DNA of 44,117 bases from a virus (IMGVR_UViG_3300048598_000584:1-44117), one strand, 5' to 3'. Counted from the stretch's first letter, positions 34,421 through 42,536 are shown. Notes: generated by a model not told the origin, from the letters alone. Translations and numbers: made by a program.

Positions 34421-34785
34421 CAGGCCACCTGTCGCGGAAAGTACGGATCGAGCGCCGTCGGCGAAAACGCGACGTCGGCGCCGGCGATGATGTGCCAGCG
34501 ATCGAAGCCGGACGGCCGCGACGGCGTGTACAGGATGGCGCTGATCGACAGAGGCCGCGCCGCCGCGAGGCCCGATACCAGGCCGGCCGCATCGTCGAAG
34601 ACATGCTCGCGTGAATCGCCCCGCACGCGCACCAGGCCGCCCTCGATCTCGGCCTGGCACCCCCGCGGCAACGGCAGTATGCCGTTCGCCAGGCGAATCC
34701 CCCGCGGCAGCAGGAACCTCAGATCGAATGAACCGGGGTGGGAACGCATGCACATAACCCCTTGGACCGTCAGGGGTAGCCGCAA
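34420..34785 (-). CDS. Hypothetical protein (start uncertain)
   Basis: Stop coupled to the next ATG. Confidence 0.55.
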   Translation of the reverse strand: MRLPLTVQGVMCMRSHPGSFDLRFLLPRGIRLANGILPLPRGCQAEIEGGLVRVRGDSREHVFDDAAGLVSGLAAARPLSISAILYTPSRPSGFDRWHIIAGADVAFSPTALDPYFPRQVA

Positions 34786-34811
34786 CGGGTGTGCAAGCCG
34801 TTAACGGCCCC

Positions 34812-34997
34812 TCAAGGTTCCTGACGCGGCACCAGGCTCGCGATCGCGTCCCGGGGGATCCAGTGATAGCTCCAGCCGCCGCCGGCCATCGGGCGCCTGG
34901 CCAGGAAGCTGTCGAGCTCGGACGGCTGCGCACGGCGGATTTCGAAGCGGACCAGGACGAGGTCGCCTTCGCGGTATTCCGGCAGATCGGACGGCAT
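34812..34997 (-). CDS. Small hypothetical protein
   Basis: GGAGGG RBS; YREGDLVLVRF. Confidence 0.55.
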   Translation of the reverse strand: MPSDLPEYREGDLVLVRFEIRRAQPSELDSFLARRPMAGGGWSYHWIPRDAIASLVPRQEP

Positions 34998-35122
34998 CAG
35001 CCCCTCCCCCAGGGCCCCATAAATGGGGAAAACTACCGGAATTGCAATCAGTTGGTACGTGCAGCGCAAGCTGAGGGATATGCGGCGCGCAAAAAAATAT
35101 CTCAAATCCAGCGATAAATATC

Positions 35123-35157
35123 TTGTGCGATAGCGATAATATCGCTATATTATCGCC
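35123..35157 (+). promoter_or_regulatory. Leaderless sigma70 promoter with overlapping palindromic operators
   Basis: TTGTGC-17-TATATT, ATG 6 nt later, no SD; inverted repeats TAGCGATA-A-TATCGCTA and GCGATAATAT-N4-ATATTATCGC. Confidence 0.75.
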
Positions 35158-35409
35158 ATGAAAACGATCGTCCTGACCCACTCGGCCGCGAAAGACCTGG
35201 ATGCTTTGCCGCAGGATGCGCGGGACAGCGTCAGCGCGGGCCTTCACCGCTACGCCGTGACGGGCCAGGGCGATGTCAGGAAGCTCGCCGGCCGCGATGG
35301 ATATCGCCTGCGGATTGGCGCCTATCGCGTCATCTTCGAGGAGGACGCCGCCACCATCCTGGCGATCTACATCGGCCGCCGCGCCACGACCACTTATGGG
35401 AGAAACTGA
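35158..35409 (+). CDS. RelE/ParE-family toxin
   Basis: AAKDLDALP...GDVRKLAG..GYRLRIGAYRVIF...IGRR...Y. Confidence 0.9.
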   Translation: MKTIVLTHSAAKDLDALPQDARDSVSAGLHRYAVTGQGDVRKLAGRDGYRLRIGAYRVIFEEDAATILAIYIGRRATTTYGRN

Positions 35410-35410
35410 G

Positions 35411-35806
35411 ATGCCTCCGATCCGCCCACAGACCATCCGAACCAGTTCCGGCGAGGAGCTGGTCGTGCTCACCCGCGCCGAGTTCGACGCGCTCGCGGCC
35501 GCCGCCGCCGAACACATCGAGGACGCCGACGATGTCGCCGTCTATGACGCCCGCAAGGCCGCGCTGCAGGCGGAGGACAACCCCATCCTGCCGGCCGAGG
35601 TCAGCGCCGCCATGCTCGCCGGAGACAGCCTGTTGCGGGCGCTCCGCCGCTGGAAGGGGATCACCCAGGCCGAGCTCGCGGAGCGGACCGGGCTCGCGCA
35701 GGGCTACATCAGCGACCTGGAGACCGGCCGCAAGACCGGCACGGCCGACACTCTGCGCGCGATCGCCGGCGCCCTCGAGGTCGACTCAGTATGGCTGGCG
35801 CCGTGA
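35411..35806 (+). CDS. XRE-HTH antitoxin (toxin-first order)
   Basis: GEELVVLTRAEFDAL N-terminus; LRRWKGITQAELAERTGLAQGYISDLETG. Confidence 0.9.
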   Translation: MPPIRPQTIRTSSGEELVVLTRAEFDALAAAAAEHIEDADDVAVYDARKAALQAEDNPILPAEVSAAMLAGDSLLRALRRWKGITQAELAERTGLAQGYISDLETGRKTGTADTLRAIAGALEVDSVWLAP

Positions 35807-35809
35807 TCG

Positions 35810-36052
35810 TCAGAGCACGTACCGCAGGTCAATCGCCTCGATTGTCTCGGCCGAGGGCGCGCCGCTCTTCACCAAGTCACGGTTGAACTCCGCCTCACGC
35901 CCCTGCCCGGCCAGCACCTGCACGAGCGTGATGTACGCCGTGAACTTCACGCCGCCCTCGGTCTCGCCTTCCCAGACCCGCGCCGCCGCCTTGCGGCCCT
36001 GGGGGTCCGACACGTCGACAATGCGATTGGTCGAGGTGAGTGTCGCCTTCAT
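35810..36052 (-). CDS. Hypothetical protein
   Basis: ATGA overlap with rep; GAGGAG RBS; ARVWEGETEGG motif. Confidence 0.7.
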   Translation of the reverse strand: MKATLTSTNRIVDVSDPQGRKAAARVWEGETEGGVKFTAYITLVQVLAGQGREAEFNRDLVKSGAPSAETIEAIDLRYVL

Positions 36053-37158
36053 GACGCGCTCCTCTTTCGCTCGCCCGGGCGCGGCGGCATCAGGTGCAAC
36101 TCGGGGCCCTTCCGCGCCGTCGCGACATGCCGCCGCCACTGGTCGGTGATGATGGTGTGGAAGCGCGCCCCGATATAGCCCGCCTTGTCGGCAGCCTGGA
36201 TGATCGCCGCCAGCGCCTCCTCGTCGTCGAGTTCGCGGCGCCACCGCTCGATGTAGGTCTCCGCGAGCTGCGGGCGAATCTGCAGGTACTCGACCAGCAT
36301 TCGCGCGCCTTCGGTGTCGACCCAAAGGCGGGCTTGCCTGGCGCTAGCGCTGCCCTCGCCAGGATCGCCCTCCGGCGAGCCTTCGGTCTCGCCCCGGGCG
36401 CCGTCCGCAGAGTTGTCTACAGCAGAGGATTTGCTCTCCTCTAAAACTGTTCTCTTCTCTGGCGTGACCGTCACAATGTCACAACGGTCACTTTGTGACC
36501 GTTCGGACCCAAGCATCGGTGCTGCGGCACCGATCCGGTCACGTTGTGACATTCGTGACGTCGGTGGAGTTGTGGACAAGTCGCCGCGCGCTGTGGACAA
36601 CTCGGCCCGCGCGAGCCGGTCTTGCAGGCTCGCGAGCTCGGCGTCGGAGATGCCTTTGAGCGTCACCTCGATCGACAGTCGTTCCTCCGTCGTCACCTTC
36701 CCCTGGCGCGCCAGCCGCACGAGCAGCTCGCGGATCGCCTTGCGCGTGCGCGACCGCCGCTTGCGGGTGCGGACGTCCTCGGCATCCTCTTCCCGGTCTG
36801 GGTTGCGGTCCCAGAAGCTCGAGATGTGGCGATCAGAGATCCAGCCAATCTTCTCGTCCTCGAGCGCTGCAAAGATGCGCGCGGCTTCGTCTGAGGCCAT
36901 GCCGAGCGCCAGACCAAACTCGTCCGCGTCGAACTGCTCGACGCTGCCGCGCTGCAGCCCATGATTGGCGGCGTTGTTGGCAATCTCCTCGAGCCGATTC
37001 ACGAAGGCCAGCACCTGGTAGAGCGGCAGGTTGCAGCGTTGCGCGACCAGCCGCCACAGCGGCATATCCGAAAAGCCGTTGTCCCGGCGGCTCCACGTGT
37101 ACTTGCGGTGCCGCTTCGCCTGCGCAGCCTTGTCATAGGTCTGGCCGATCTGCTTCAC
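36049..37158 (-). CDS. Phage replication initiator (O-like)
   Basis: N-terminal WSRRDNG...WRLVA; RTRKRRSR; internal iteron linker; position after cro and MTase. Confidence 0.7.
   Translation of the reverse strand: MKQIGQTYDKAAQAKRHRKYTWSRRDNGFSDMPLWRLVAQRCNLPLYQVLAFVNRLEEIANNAANHGLQRGSVEQFDADEFGLALGMASDEAARIFAALEDEKIGWISDRHISSFWDRNPDREEDAEDVRTRKRRSRTRKAIRELLVRLARQGKVTTEERLSIEVTLKGISDAELASLQDRLARAELSTARGDLSTTPPTSRMSQRDRIGAAAPMLGSERSQSDRCDIVTVTPEKRTVLEESKSSAVDNSADGARGETEGSPEGDPGEGSASARQARLWVDTEGARMLVEYLQIRPQLAETYIERWRRELDDEEALAAIIQAADKAGYIGARFHTIITDQWRRHVATARKGPELHLMPPRPGERKRSAS
36413..36600. repeat. Putative replication origin inside rep
   Basis: Eight GTCAC/GTGAC pentamers (36464-36559), palindrome AACGGTCAC-TTT-GTGACCGTT, DnaA-box-like TGTGGACAA x2 and TTGTCTACA, pyrimidine-rich tract 36431-36460. 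Confidence 0.65.
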
Positions 37159-37859
37159 GCGGGCGCCCCCAGCGTCACGGTCGCGTCGAACTTGCCGGCC
37201 TCAAAGCCCCAGGTGTCCCAGCCCGGGCGTGAGGTCCGCGAGAACAGCTCGACGCGGCGCGCGTTCGGATACCAGCGCTCGCAGAACTGGTAGGCCTCCT
37301 CCGGCTTGCGCGAGTGCTCGCGTGCCAGGCCCTCGATCAGGTTGCGCTCGCGCCTGGTCGTCGGCGGGCTGCCGATGATGCCGATCAGGAACGGCTCGCA
37401 TGCCGAGCGCAGCCGATAGCCGGTCCCGAAGGCCGTCTTGCCGTGCCGCGTCCTCTTGTGCCAGGCGCCGCCGGTGACGTAGCGGAAGCCCCAGGCCTTG
37501 AGACAGGCGCCGATCGGCGAGTACGACGCGTCGGCGCCCTTGAAGTGCCGCTTGGGATCGCCACCGTTGAGCAGCAGCGGCCACGTGCAGAACACCACGG
37601 CCACGCATTTGGGCGAGGCGAGCTGATTGACCGGCAGCGCCATTAGCTTCGGCCAGCTCATGGAGCCGTAGTAGCGCGCGAAGCTCTTGCCCTCGCCCTT
37701 CGGCGAGCGCATCTCCGTCGGCCACGGCGCGTCGATGAAAAGCAGATCGTAGCCGAAGGGTCGCAGCGCGCCGAACGGCCAGCTGCGGGGATCACCATCG
37801 AAACGCTCGGCAACTGTCTCGCCGCGGACGTCGAACGGATGCGCGGCGCCTTCCATCAT
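37155..37859 (-). CDS. MT-A70 family adenine methyltransferase
   Basis: YDLLFIDAPW, WGFRYVTGGAWHK, GTGYRLRSACEPFLIG, REHSRKPEE, ELFSR..RPGWDTWG. Confidence 0.92.
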   Translation of the reverse strand: MMEGAAHPFDVRGETVAERFDGDPRSWPFGALRPFGYDLLFIDAPWPTEMRSPKGEGKSFARYYGSMSWPKLMALPVNQLASPKCVAVVFCTWPLLLNGGDPKRHFKGADASYSPIGACLKAWGFRYVTGGAWHKRTRHGKTAFGTGYRLRSACEPFLIGIIGSPPTTRRERNLIEGLAREHSRKPEEAYQFCERWYPNARRVELFSRTSRPGWDTWGFEAGKFDATVTLGAPA

Positions 37860-38053
37860 GCGAAGCGGAGCTCAAAGGGCGGCGCTGTGAAGATGTCGGC
37901 CGCGGCCGGCGCGCGCGCGATTTGCGAGATCGCGATCGCGGCGGCAAAGGCGAGCGCGACAGCAACCCAGAATGTGACGCGGTCGATCTGCGGCAGCTCG
38001 ACGAAGAATTGGTGGATGGCGGTACGGCGCCAGCGATCGCGCAGAAGTTTCAT
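37856..38053 (-). CDS. Small single-TM protein
   Basis: Hydrophobic VTFWVAVALAFAAAIAI; ATGA overlap with MTase. Confidence 0.55.
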   Translation of the reverse strand: MKLLRDRWRRTAIHQFFVELPQIDRVTFWVAVALAFAAAIAISQIARAPAAADIFTAPPFELRFA

Positions 38054-38208
38054 CGCGGCATCAGCCACTTGGAGGGAAAGACGAGAAAACGCGACGCAAC
38101 ACACAAAACGCAAAAATAGTTATCCACAGACCTCTCCGGGCCTTGCGCCCGATTCGACTCTATGTCTGCAGGCGTGATGACTCCGCGGCATGTACACGCG
38201 TAGCCGCA

Positions 38209-38463
38209 TCACGCCGCAGCCTGCTTCATCTCGGGAATGGTCACCTGCCCCCATAGCGATGGATGAGCGCGCAGCCGTTTCTTCTGCAGTGCCCATGTCA
38301 TCACGAGGAAGTAGCGGGAGGGAAAGTTCTTCGCTCTCCCCCAACCCGACACGAGCTTGTAGGCGGCGCCAGTCAGTCCCGCGACCGCGCGAAGCCCACC
38401 AAGCGCCTCGATCACATCCGCGGTCGTATGCAGCGACCGCACGTCCCTACGACTCATCGCCAT
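38209..38463 (-). CDS. Cro-like regulator
   Basis: TTADVIEALGGLRAVAGLTG....VSGW....FP; divergent from cI. Confidence 0.8.
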   Translation of the reverse strand: MAMSRRDVRSLHTTADVIEALGGLRAVAGLTGAAYKLVSGWGRAKNFPSRYFLVMTWALQKKRLRAHPSLWGQVTIPEMKQAAA

Positions 38464-38469
38464 CGAATC

Positions 38470-38498
38470 GGAATAATCCGAGTTTCACGGATTTGCAA
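38470..38498 (-). promoter_or_regulatory. PR-like promoter with operator ATCCGA-GTTTC-ACGGAT (38476-38492)
   Basis: TTGCAA-17-TATTCC; the operator fills the spacer; cro ATG 6 nt downstream. Confidence 0.65.
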
Positions 38499-38553
38499 CG
38501 ACCCGAACATGCTCGATAGCTTCGAATCCCTTGCGCGTTCACCTTTTGGCGCC

Positions 38554-38871
38554 ATGGCAAGGAAGAAAACATCAGCGCCCGCAGAGCGGCAGACTGAAGA
38601 TCGACTGGAAGATCAGAGCGATCGGCTCAAGCGTTTGCGCAAAATGCTCGGCTACGAAACCGCGGCTGCTTTCTCCGTGTTCCTCGAACTTGGCTACACC
38701 ACATACCATCCGTTCGAGAAAGGCCAGCTCCTCAGTCGCGACGCTGCTTTCCGACTGGTACGCAAGATTCCGGGCCTAACGCTCGATTGGCTTTACTTTG
38801 GCAAACCCGATGGACTGCCGCTTGAGCTAGCGCGACGCCTGGGCGTCTTTGGAAATCGCAATACGGACTGA
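38554..38871 (+). CDS. CI-like XRE repressor without S24 peptidase domain
   Basis: RLKRLRKMLGYETAAAFS...TYHPFEKG...GLTLDWLYFG; 105 aa. Confidence 0.8.
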   Translation: MARKKTSAPAERQTEDRLEDQSDRLKRLRKMLGYETAAAFSVFLELGYTTYHPFEKGQLLSRDAAFRLVRKIPGLTLDWLYFGKPDGLPLELARRLGVFGNRNTD

Positions 38872-39035
38872 TCTTTGCGGCTTTCCGGCGGTGTCGGATC
38901 CGGCAATTCACCGTCCAAGAAGCGTATGAGTTGTTCGGCACAACTCAGAATAGCAAGAGCATCTTCCGTTTCCTCTGGCAGTTGCGCGGCTATTTGAAGC
39001 GCTTGCCGCTGCCGCCATCTTTCCTTTGCTTCCAT
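38793..39035 (-). CDS. Small protein convergent with and overlapping cI
   Basis: GGGA RBS; RQALQIAAQLPEETEDALAIL motif. Confidence 0.6.
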   Translation of the reverse strand: MEAKERWRQRQALQIAAQLPEETEDALAILSCAEQLIRFLDGELPDPTPPESRKDQSVLRFPKTPRRRASSSGSPSGLPK

Positions 39036-39127
39036 AGTCCCAAGCCCCCGGGCACGCACAAGCTCGAACACGCGCGCACTTCAAGGTAGCCACATCGGTT
39101 AACTGCCCGCACCAACCATTTTGGGAC

Positions 39128-39184
39128 AAAATCCGAGTAATTCGGATTTTCTAGATTGTGTATCCGAATTTCTCGGATTAGCTT
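39128..39184 (+). promoter_or_regulatory. PL-like promoter with two operators ATCCGA-N5-TCGGAT (39131-39147, 39162-39178)
   Basis: TTGTGT-17-TAGCTT with a perfect operator as spacer; second perfect operator 31 bp upstream. Confidence 0.8.
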
Positions 39185-39359
39185 CCCCCTTGTCCGACGG
39201 CGAGTCGGGCGGCCGGTTGCCTAGGTGGGGCCGGTCCCTACCCGAGAATACGGCGGTCGTTTCGAAGTTCCCGCCGCTCTCGCGCGGGCCGGATTGTCCT
39301 GGCCAGCCCCGGATCGCGTTCCGGCCCGCGCTTTTCCATCACGCTCATGAGGGGAAGCC

Positions 39360-39827
39360 ATGGCGTACAATCCGCAATTCGGTTCGAAGGCGCGCGAGCG
39401 GTTGTATTCGCGCGAAGCGTTCAAGGCGCATCTGGCGGGTCGGGGCCAATACCCGATCTGCCCGCACTGCGATCTGCCCGTCACTCCCGACCAGGCCTGG
39501 GACCGCGCGCACGTCACGGTGCCCGCGGCGCTCGGCGGCAATCTCGTCGGCGTCGGGCACCGCAAGTGCAACCAGCTCGACAACAACCAGGTCGTCACGC
39601 CGATGGTCTCGCGCGCGAACGAAATTCGCAAACGTCACCTCGGCATCAAGGGCCCCGGCCTCGGCCGCCGCCCGATGCGCTGCGGCCGCCGCTCCCGCTT
39701 CAAGGCGAAAATCGGCGGCGGCATGGAGCCGCGCCTCACGCTGGCGCAGCAGCACCAGGACTTCCTGCGCCGGCGCTTCTTCATCGAGGTCGACGACATC
39801 GACGGACCGATCGAGGTGCAGCCGTGA
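39360..39827 (+). CDS. HNH/Zn-finger-like protein
   Basis: CPHC...WDRAH...ALGG...HRKCN; GAGGGG RBS. Confidence 0.75.
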   Translation: MAYNPQFGSKARERLYSREAFKAHLAGRGQYPICPHCDLPVTPDQAWDRAHVTVPAALGGNLVGVGHRKCNQLDNNQVVTPMVSRANEIRKRHLGIKGPGLGRRPMRCGRRSRFKAKIGGGMEPRLTLAQQHQDFLRRRFFIEVDDIDGPIEVQP

Positions 39828-40159
39828 GCGATCTCGAAATGACGCGCCAGCTGCGGCAGGCCGAGCTCACCAAGCAAATGGAAGCGCTCGCGCGGCTAGT
39901 CTCGATCGCCCACGGCAACACCGGCCAAAGCGCGCGCGCCGCAAACTTCCTCCTCGCCTGGTGGAATGCCGATCGCGACGGCGGCTTCAATCTCACCGAT
40001 CTCTGGAACCTCGACCAGCAGATTTGCGACGACATGATTGCGGTGTTCACGATGGTGGCGAACCATCGCCACCATGCCGACGCCTACGGGCTCCGCGACG
40101 ACTTCGAACGGCTGGTGACCGAGTGGCGCGGGCGCCGGCGGTCGGGCGGGAGGCGCTGA
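39824..40159 (+). CDS. Conserved mobile-element protein
   Basis: ALARLVSIAHGNTGQSARAANFLLAWWNA..GGFNLTDLWNLD. Confidence 0.75.
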   Translation: MSDLEMTRQLRQAELTKQMEALARLVSIAHGNTGQSARAANFLLAWWNADRDGGFNLTDLWNLDQQICDDMIAVFTMVANHRHHADAYGLRDDFERLVTEWRGRRRSGGRR

Positions 40160-40437
40160 TGCGGATCACCGCCAAATTTGGCGTCAATGCTGCTGACGCT
40201 CTGCGCCTGGTTCGCGAGGCGGAGAAGGTGCAGATCTTCCTCGGCGAAGGTGACGATCGCTTCATCCTTCAAATATCGAAGGCATCGATTGTAAGCGATC
40301 TAAAATCGGTTCCCGCGCACAGGCCCCGGCCGTGCTATCTCGACGTGGATAGTCGGACGCTCTTCTTTGGAAGCGTTCGGACCTCGCATCACGCCGAGCG
40401 CGTGAGACGCGCCGCGGCCTTGAGGGTGGCGCCATGA
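40159..40437 (+). CDS. Hypothetical protein
   Basis: TGATG coupling, GGAGG RBS. Confidence 0.6.
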   Translation: MRITAKFGVNAADALRLVREAEKVQIFLGEGDDRFILQISKASIVSDLKSVPAHRPRPCYLDVDSRTLFFGSVRTSHHAERVRRAAALRVAP

Positions 40438-40739
40438 TCCGCGCCTATTGCTACGCCTCGGGTCATATCGGGTTCGGCCGCACGATCCCCAAGGGCGCAT
40501 TGATCATTGCGCGCGGCCCGGCGAAGGAGCTGCGGGATTTCGTCGAGGTCCATGCGCGGCACGGCTACAAGACGCGCAGCGTGAACGGGCGCCCGACCAA
40601 GATCGCGGGCTCGGACATGCTGCTGGTGCCCGGCATCCCTGAAGCGGAGAGTCAGGCGCTCGCGCTCAACGCGCTGCACGCCTGGATGAAGTGGATCGGC
40701 GCCAACGCGCCGAAGGGCATCAGGGTGCACCGTCCATGA
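40434..40739 (+). CDS. Protein resembling the family annotated as host nuclease inhibitor
   Basis: AYCYASGHIGFG...ARHGY...LLVPGIPEA; function label uncertain. Confidence 0.6.
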   Translation: MIRAYCYASGHIGFGRTIPKGALIIARGPAKELRDFVEVHARHGYKTRSVNGRPTKIAGSDMLLVPGIPEAESQALALNALHAWMKWIGANAPKGIRVHRP

Positions 40740-40999
40740 CCGTCACCTGCAGCCACTGCGGCGAAGCCGAGGGCGGACACCGTCGCGCGCTCGAGGAAGT
40801 GGTCCGCCACGAGATGGTGATGGAGCGCGCCGCGGCCACCATCCTCTCGCTCTACGAGGTCCTGCACGATCGCGATGAAGCGCCCCTGCCGCCCTGGCTC
40901 GAGCGCGAGGCGATGCAGATCCACGCCGAGCTCGTCCGTCCCCAGGCGGAATTCGAGAACATCTACCACTGCCTGGTCACGCGCGGGGCCGCGCGATGA
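40736..40999 (+). CDS. Hypothetical protein
   Basis: ATGA coupling; CSHC. Confidence 0.65.
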   Translation: MTVTCSHCGEAEGGHRRALEEVVRHEMVMERAAATILSLYEVLHDRDEAPLPPWLEREAMQIHAELVRPQAEFENIYHCLVTRGAAR

Positions 41000-41217
41000 C
41001 AGCGATCATCCTCAAGTTTCCGCCCCGCGCACCCGCGCCAAGCCCTCGCGCGGAGCCGGGTCTCGTGCTGGTCCTGCCGGTGATCCGGATCGAGCGCGAG
41101 CCGAACGGCTATTCGTCGCTCGACGGCACCAGGCGCCGCCGCCAGCGCGAGCCCGTTGTCGTCTGCACCGATTTTCCGCTGATCGACGGCAGCCTCTCGG
41201 GAGGTGCCGATGACTGA
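40996..41217 (+). CDS. Hypothetical protein
   Basis: ATGA coupling; VLVLPVIRIER motif. Confidence 0.6.
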   Translation: MTAIILKFPPRAPAPSPRAEPGLVLVLPVIRIEREPNGYSSLDGTRRRRQREPVVVCTDFPLIDGSLSGGADD

Positions 41218-41494
41218 CACTGTCGTCATCCTCACCCCGCGGGAGGCCATCAAGCGCATCCGGCCCGGCGCGATCAAGGCCGTGCATCTGCTGTTTCAGG
41301 CGCGTGGAGGCCAGGTCTCGCTCGCCGAGCTTCCGAAGGTGCGCGTCAGGCACATGCTCGAGAATCTTCCGTCCGATGCGACTGTCTCGGTCGTCATCGT
41401 GGATAGCAGATTCGCCGTCATAGCTGGCGCGATCGGTCCCGTTCGCGCGGGCGAAATCTCCCTGGCCGCCGGAATCGCAAGGCGGCTCTCATGA
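41210..41494 (+). CDS. Hypothetical protein
   Basis: GGAGG RBS; overlaps upstream stop. Confidence 0.6.
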   Translation: MTDTVVILTPREAIKRIRPGAIKAVHLLFQARGGQVSLAELPKVRVRHMLENLPSDATVSVVIVDSRFAVIAGAIGPVRAGEISLAAGIARRLS

Positions 41495-41505
41495 TCATCA
41501 TTCAC

Positions 41506-41581
41506 GCGGGTATAGCTCAACGAGAGCGCCGGAGGGCACCCTCCTCCGGAGACGGTCGTATCGAATCGACAGCCCGCTCCA
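41506..41581 (+). ncRNA. tRNA-Gly-like cloverleaf (atypical or pseudo tRNA)
   Basis: GCGGGTATAGCTCA...GAGC...TCGAAT...GCCCGCTCCA; 76 nt, four arms, encoded CCA. Confidence 0.7.
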
Positions 41582-41600
41582 CCGTCTCGAGGAGGAGCTG

Positions 41601-41912
41601 ATGCGCTGCGATCCCGACGAACTGAACACGCGCCCGCGTCCCGCCGGCATGGCTTGCCAGGTCTGCGGCTGCACCGATGACAAGGCCTGCCCTGGCGGCT
41701 GCTACTGGGTCCTCGACAATCCGCCGCTCTGCTCGGCCTGCGTGACCGAAGAGGACCTCGCCGCGTCCGAGGAGACCTTCGCCATGGGCGACGGCTTTGC
41801 CTATGGCACCGAGCGCTGCCCGGCATCGTCGACGCCGGCCGCGCACGTGCTGATCTGGATCAACGACACCTCGGGCTATTGCGCGCGCTGCCGCGCGGGG
41901 TTCGTCACGTGA
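41601..41912 (+). CDS. Zn-finger protein
   Basis: CQVCGCTDDKACPGGCYWV...LCSAC and CARC; GAGGAGGAG RBS. Confidence 0.75.
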   Translation: MRCDPDELNTRPRPAGMACQVCGCTDDKACPGGCYWVLDNPPLCSACVTEEDLAASEETFAMGDGFAYGTERCPASSTPAAHVLIWINDTSGYCARCRAGFVT

Positions 41913-42133
41913 AGGATCCGCGCGTTCCCTTGCAGGCCGCCGTCTCGGTCACCACGCGGCTGGTGCCGCTGATCACCAACCGCGTGGTCACCGCAGCGCA
42001 TTCCAGCAAGCCGCAATCCTATCGCGCCTATTGTCTCGACGAGGCGATCCGCCACGCCGAGGTCCTGCTCAACGAGCTCAAGCTGCAACAGCAGCGATTG
42101 GGCTGGCCCAGCACGCGCGGAGACGCGGCATGA
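41909..42133 (+). CDS. Hypothetical protein
   Basis: GTGA overlap. Confidence 0.6.
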   Translation: MKDPRVPLQAAVSVTTRLVPLITNRVVTAAHSSKPQSYRAYCLDEAIRHAEVLLNELKLQQQRLGWPSTRGDAA

Positions 42134-42354
42134 ACAGCGGGCCGATCTGGTCGCATCCGGTCATCAGCACAGCGCACGTCGTTCGCATGACCAGGGACTA
42201 TCCGGCGGGCGTCGCTTGGTGCGTGGCGACCTGCCAGTGTGGGTGGTCCTTCCGCGCCGAGCTCGGCCTCGGTAAGGGCGCGGCACTCCGCGACGAAGCC
42301 GCGCACGAGCATTGGCGCGACGTCGTCGCCCAGGCCGTGGAGCAGACGCCATGA
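42130..42354 (+). CDS. Small CxC/H Zn-binding-like protein
   Basis: ATCQCGW...AAHEHW; ATGA coupling. Confidence 0.6.
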   Translation: MNSGPIWSHPVISTAHVVRMTRDYPAGVAWCVATCQCGWSFRAELGLGKGAALRDEAAHEHWRDVVAQAVEQTP

Positions 42355-42536
42355 AGGCGGCCGAGCGCGAGAGCGCTGCCCTCATGGCGCGCATGCTCCT
42401 GTATAGCCAGGTCGCCGAAGCGGCGATCGCCATGCGTCTGTGCGCATGTCCGCCGCCCTACGCCGCGCAGTTGCGCGAGCAGCAGCTCCGGCTGCGGCAG
42501 AACATCCAGCGCATCCGGGAGCTCGCCGCACAATGA
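42351..42536 (+). CDS. Hypothetical protein
   Basis: ATGA overlaps at both ends. Confidence 0.55.
   Translation: MKAAERESAALMARMLLYSQVAEAAIAMRLCACPPPYAAQLREQQLRLRQNIQRIRELAAQ

Noticed and set aside
39056-39085. LexA box upstream of the antisense-to-cI ORF
   Set aside because: GCAC/GAAC half-sites are spaced 6 nt rather than 7 and are degenerate
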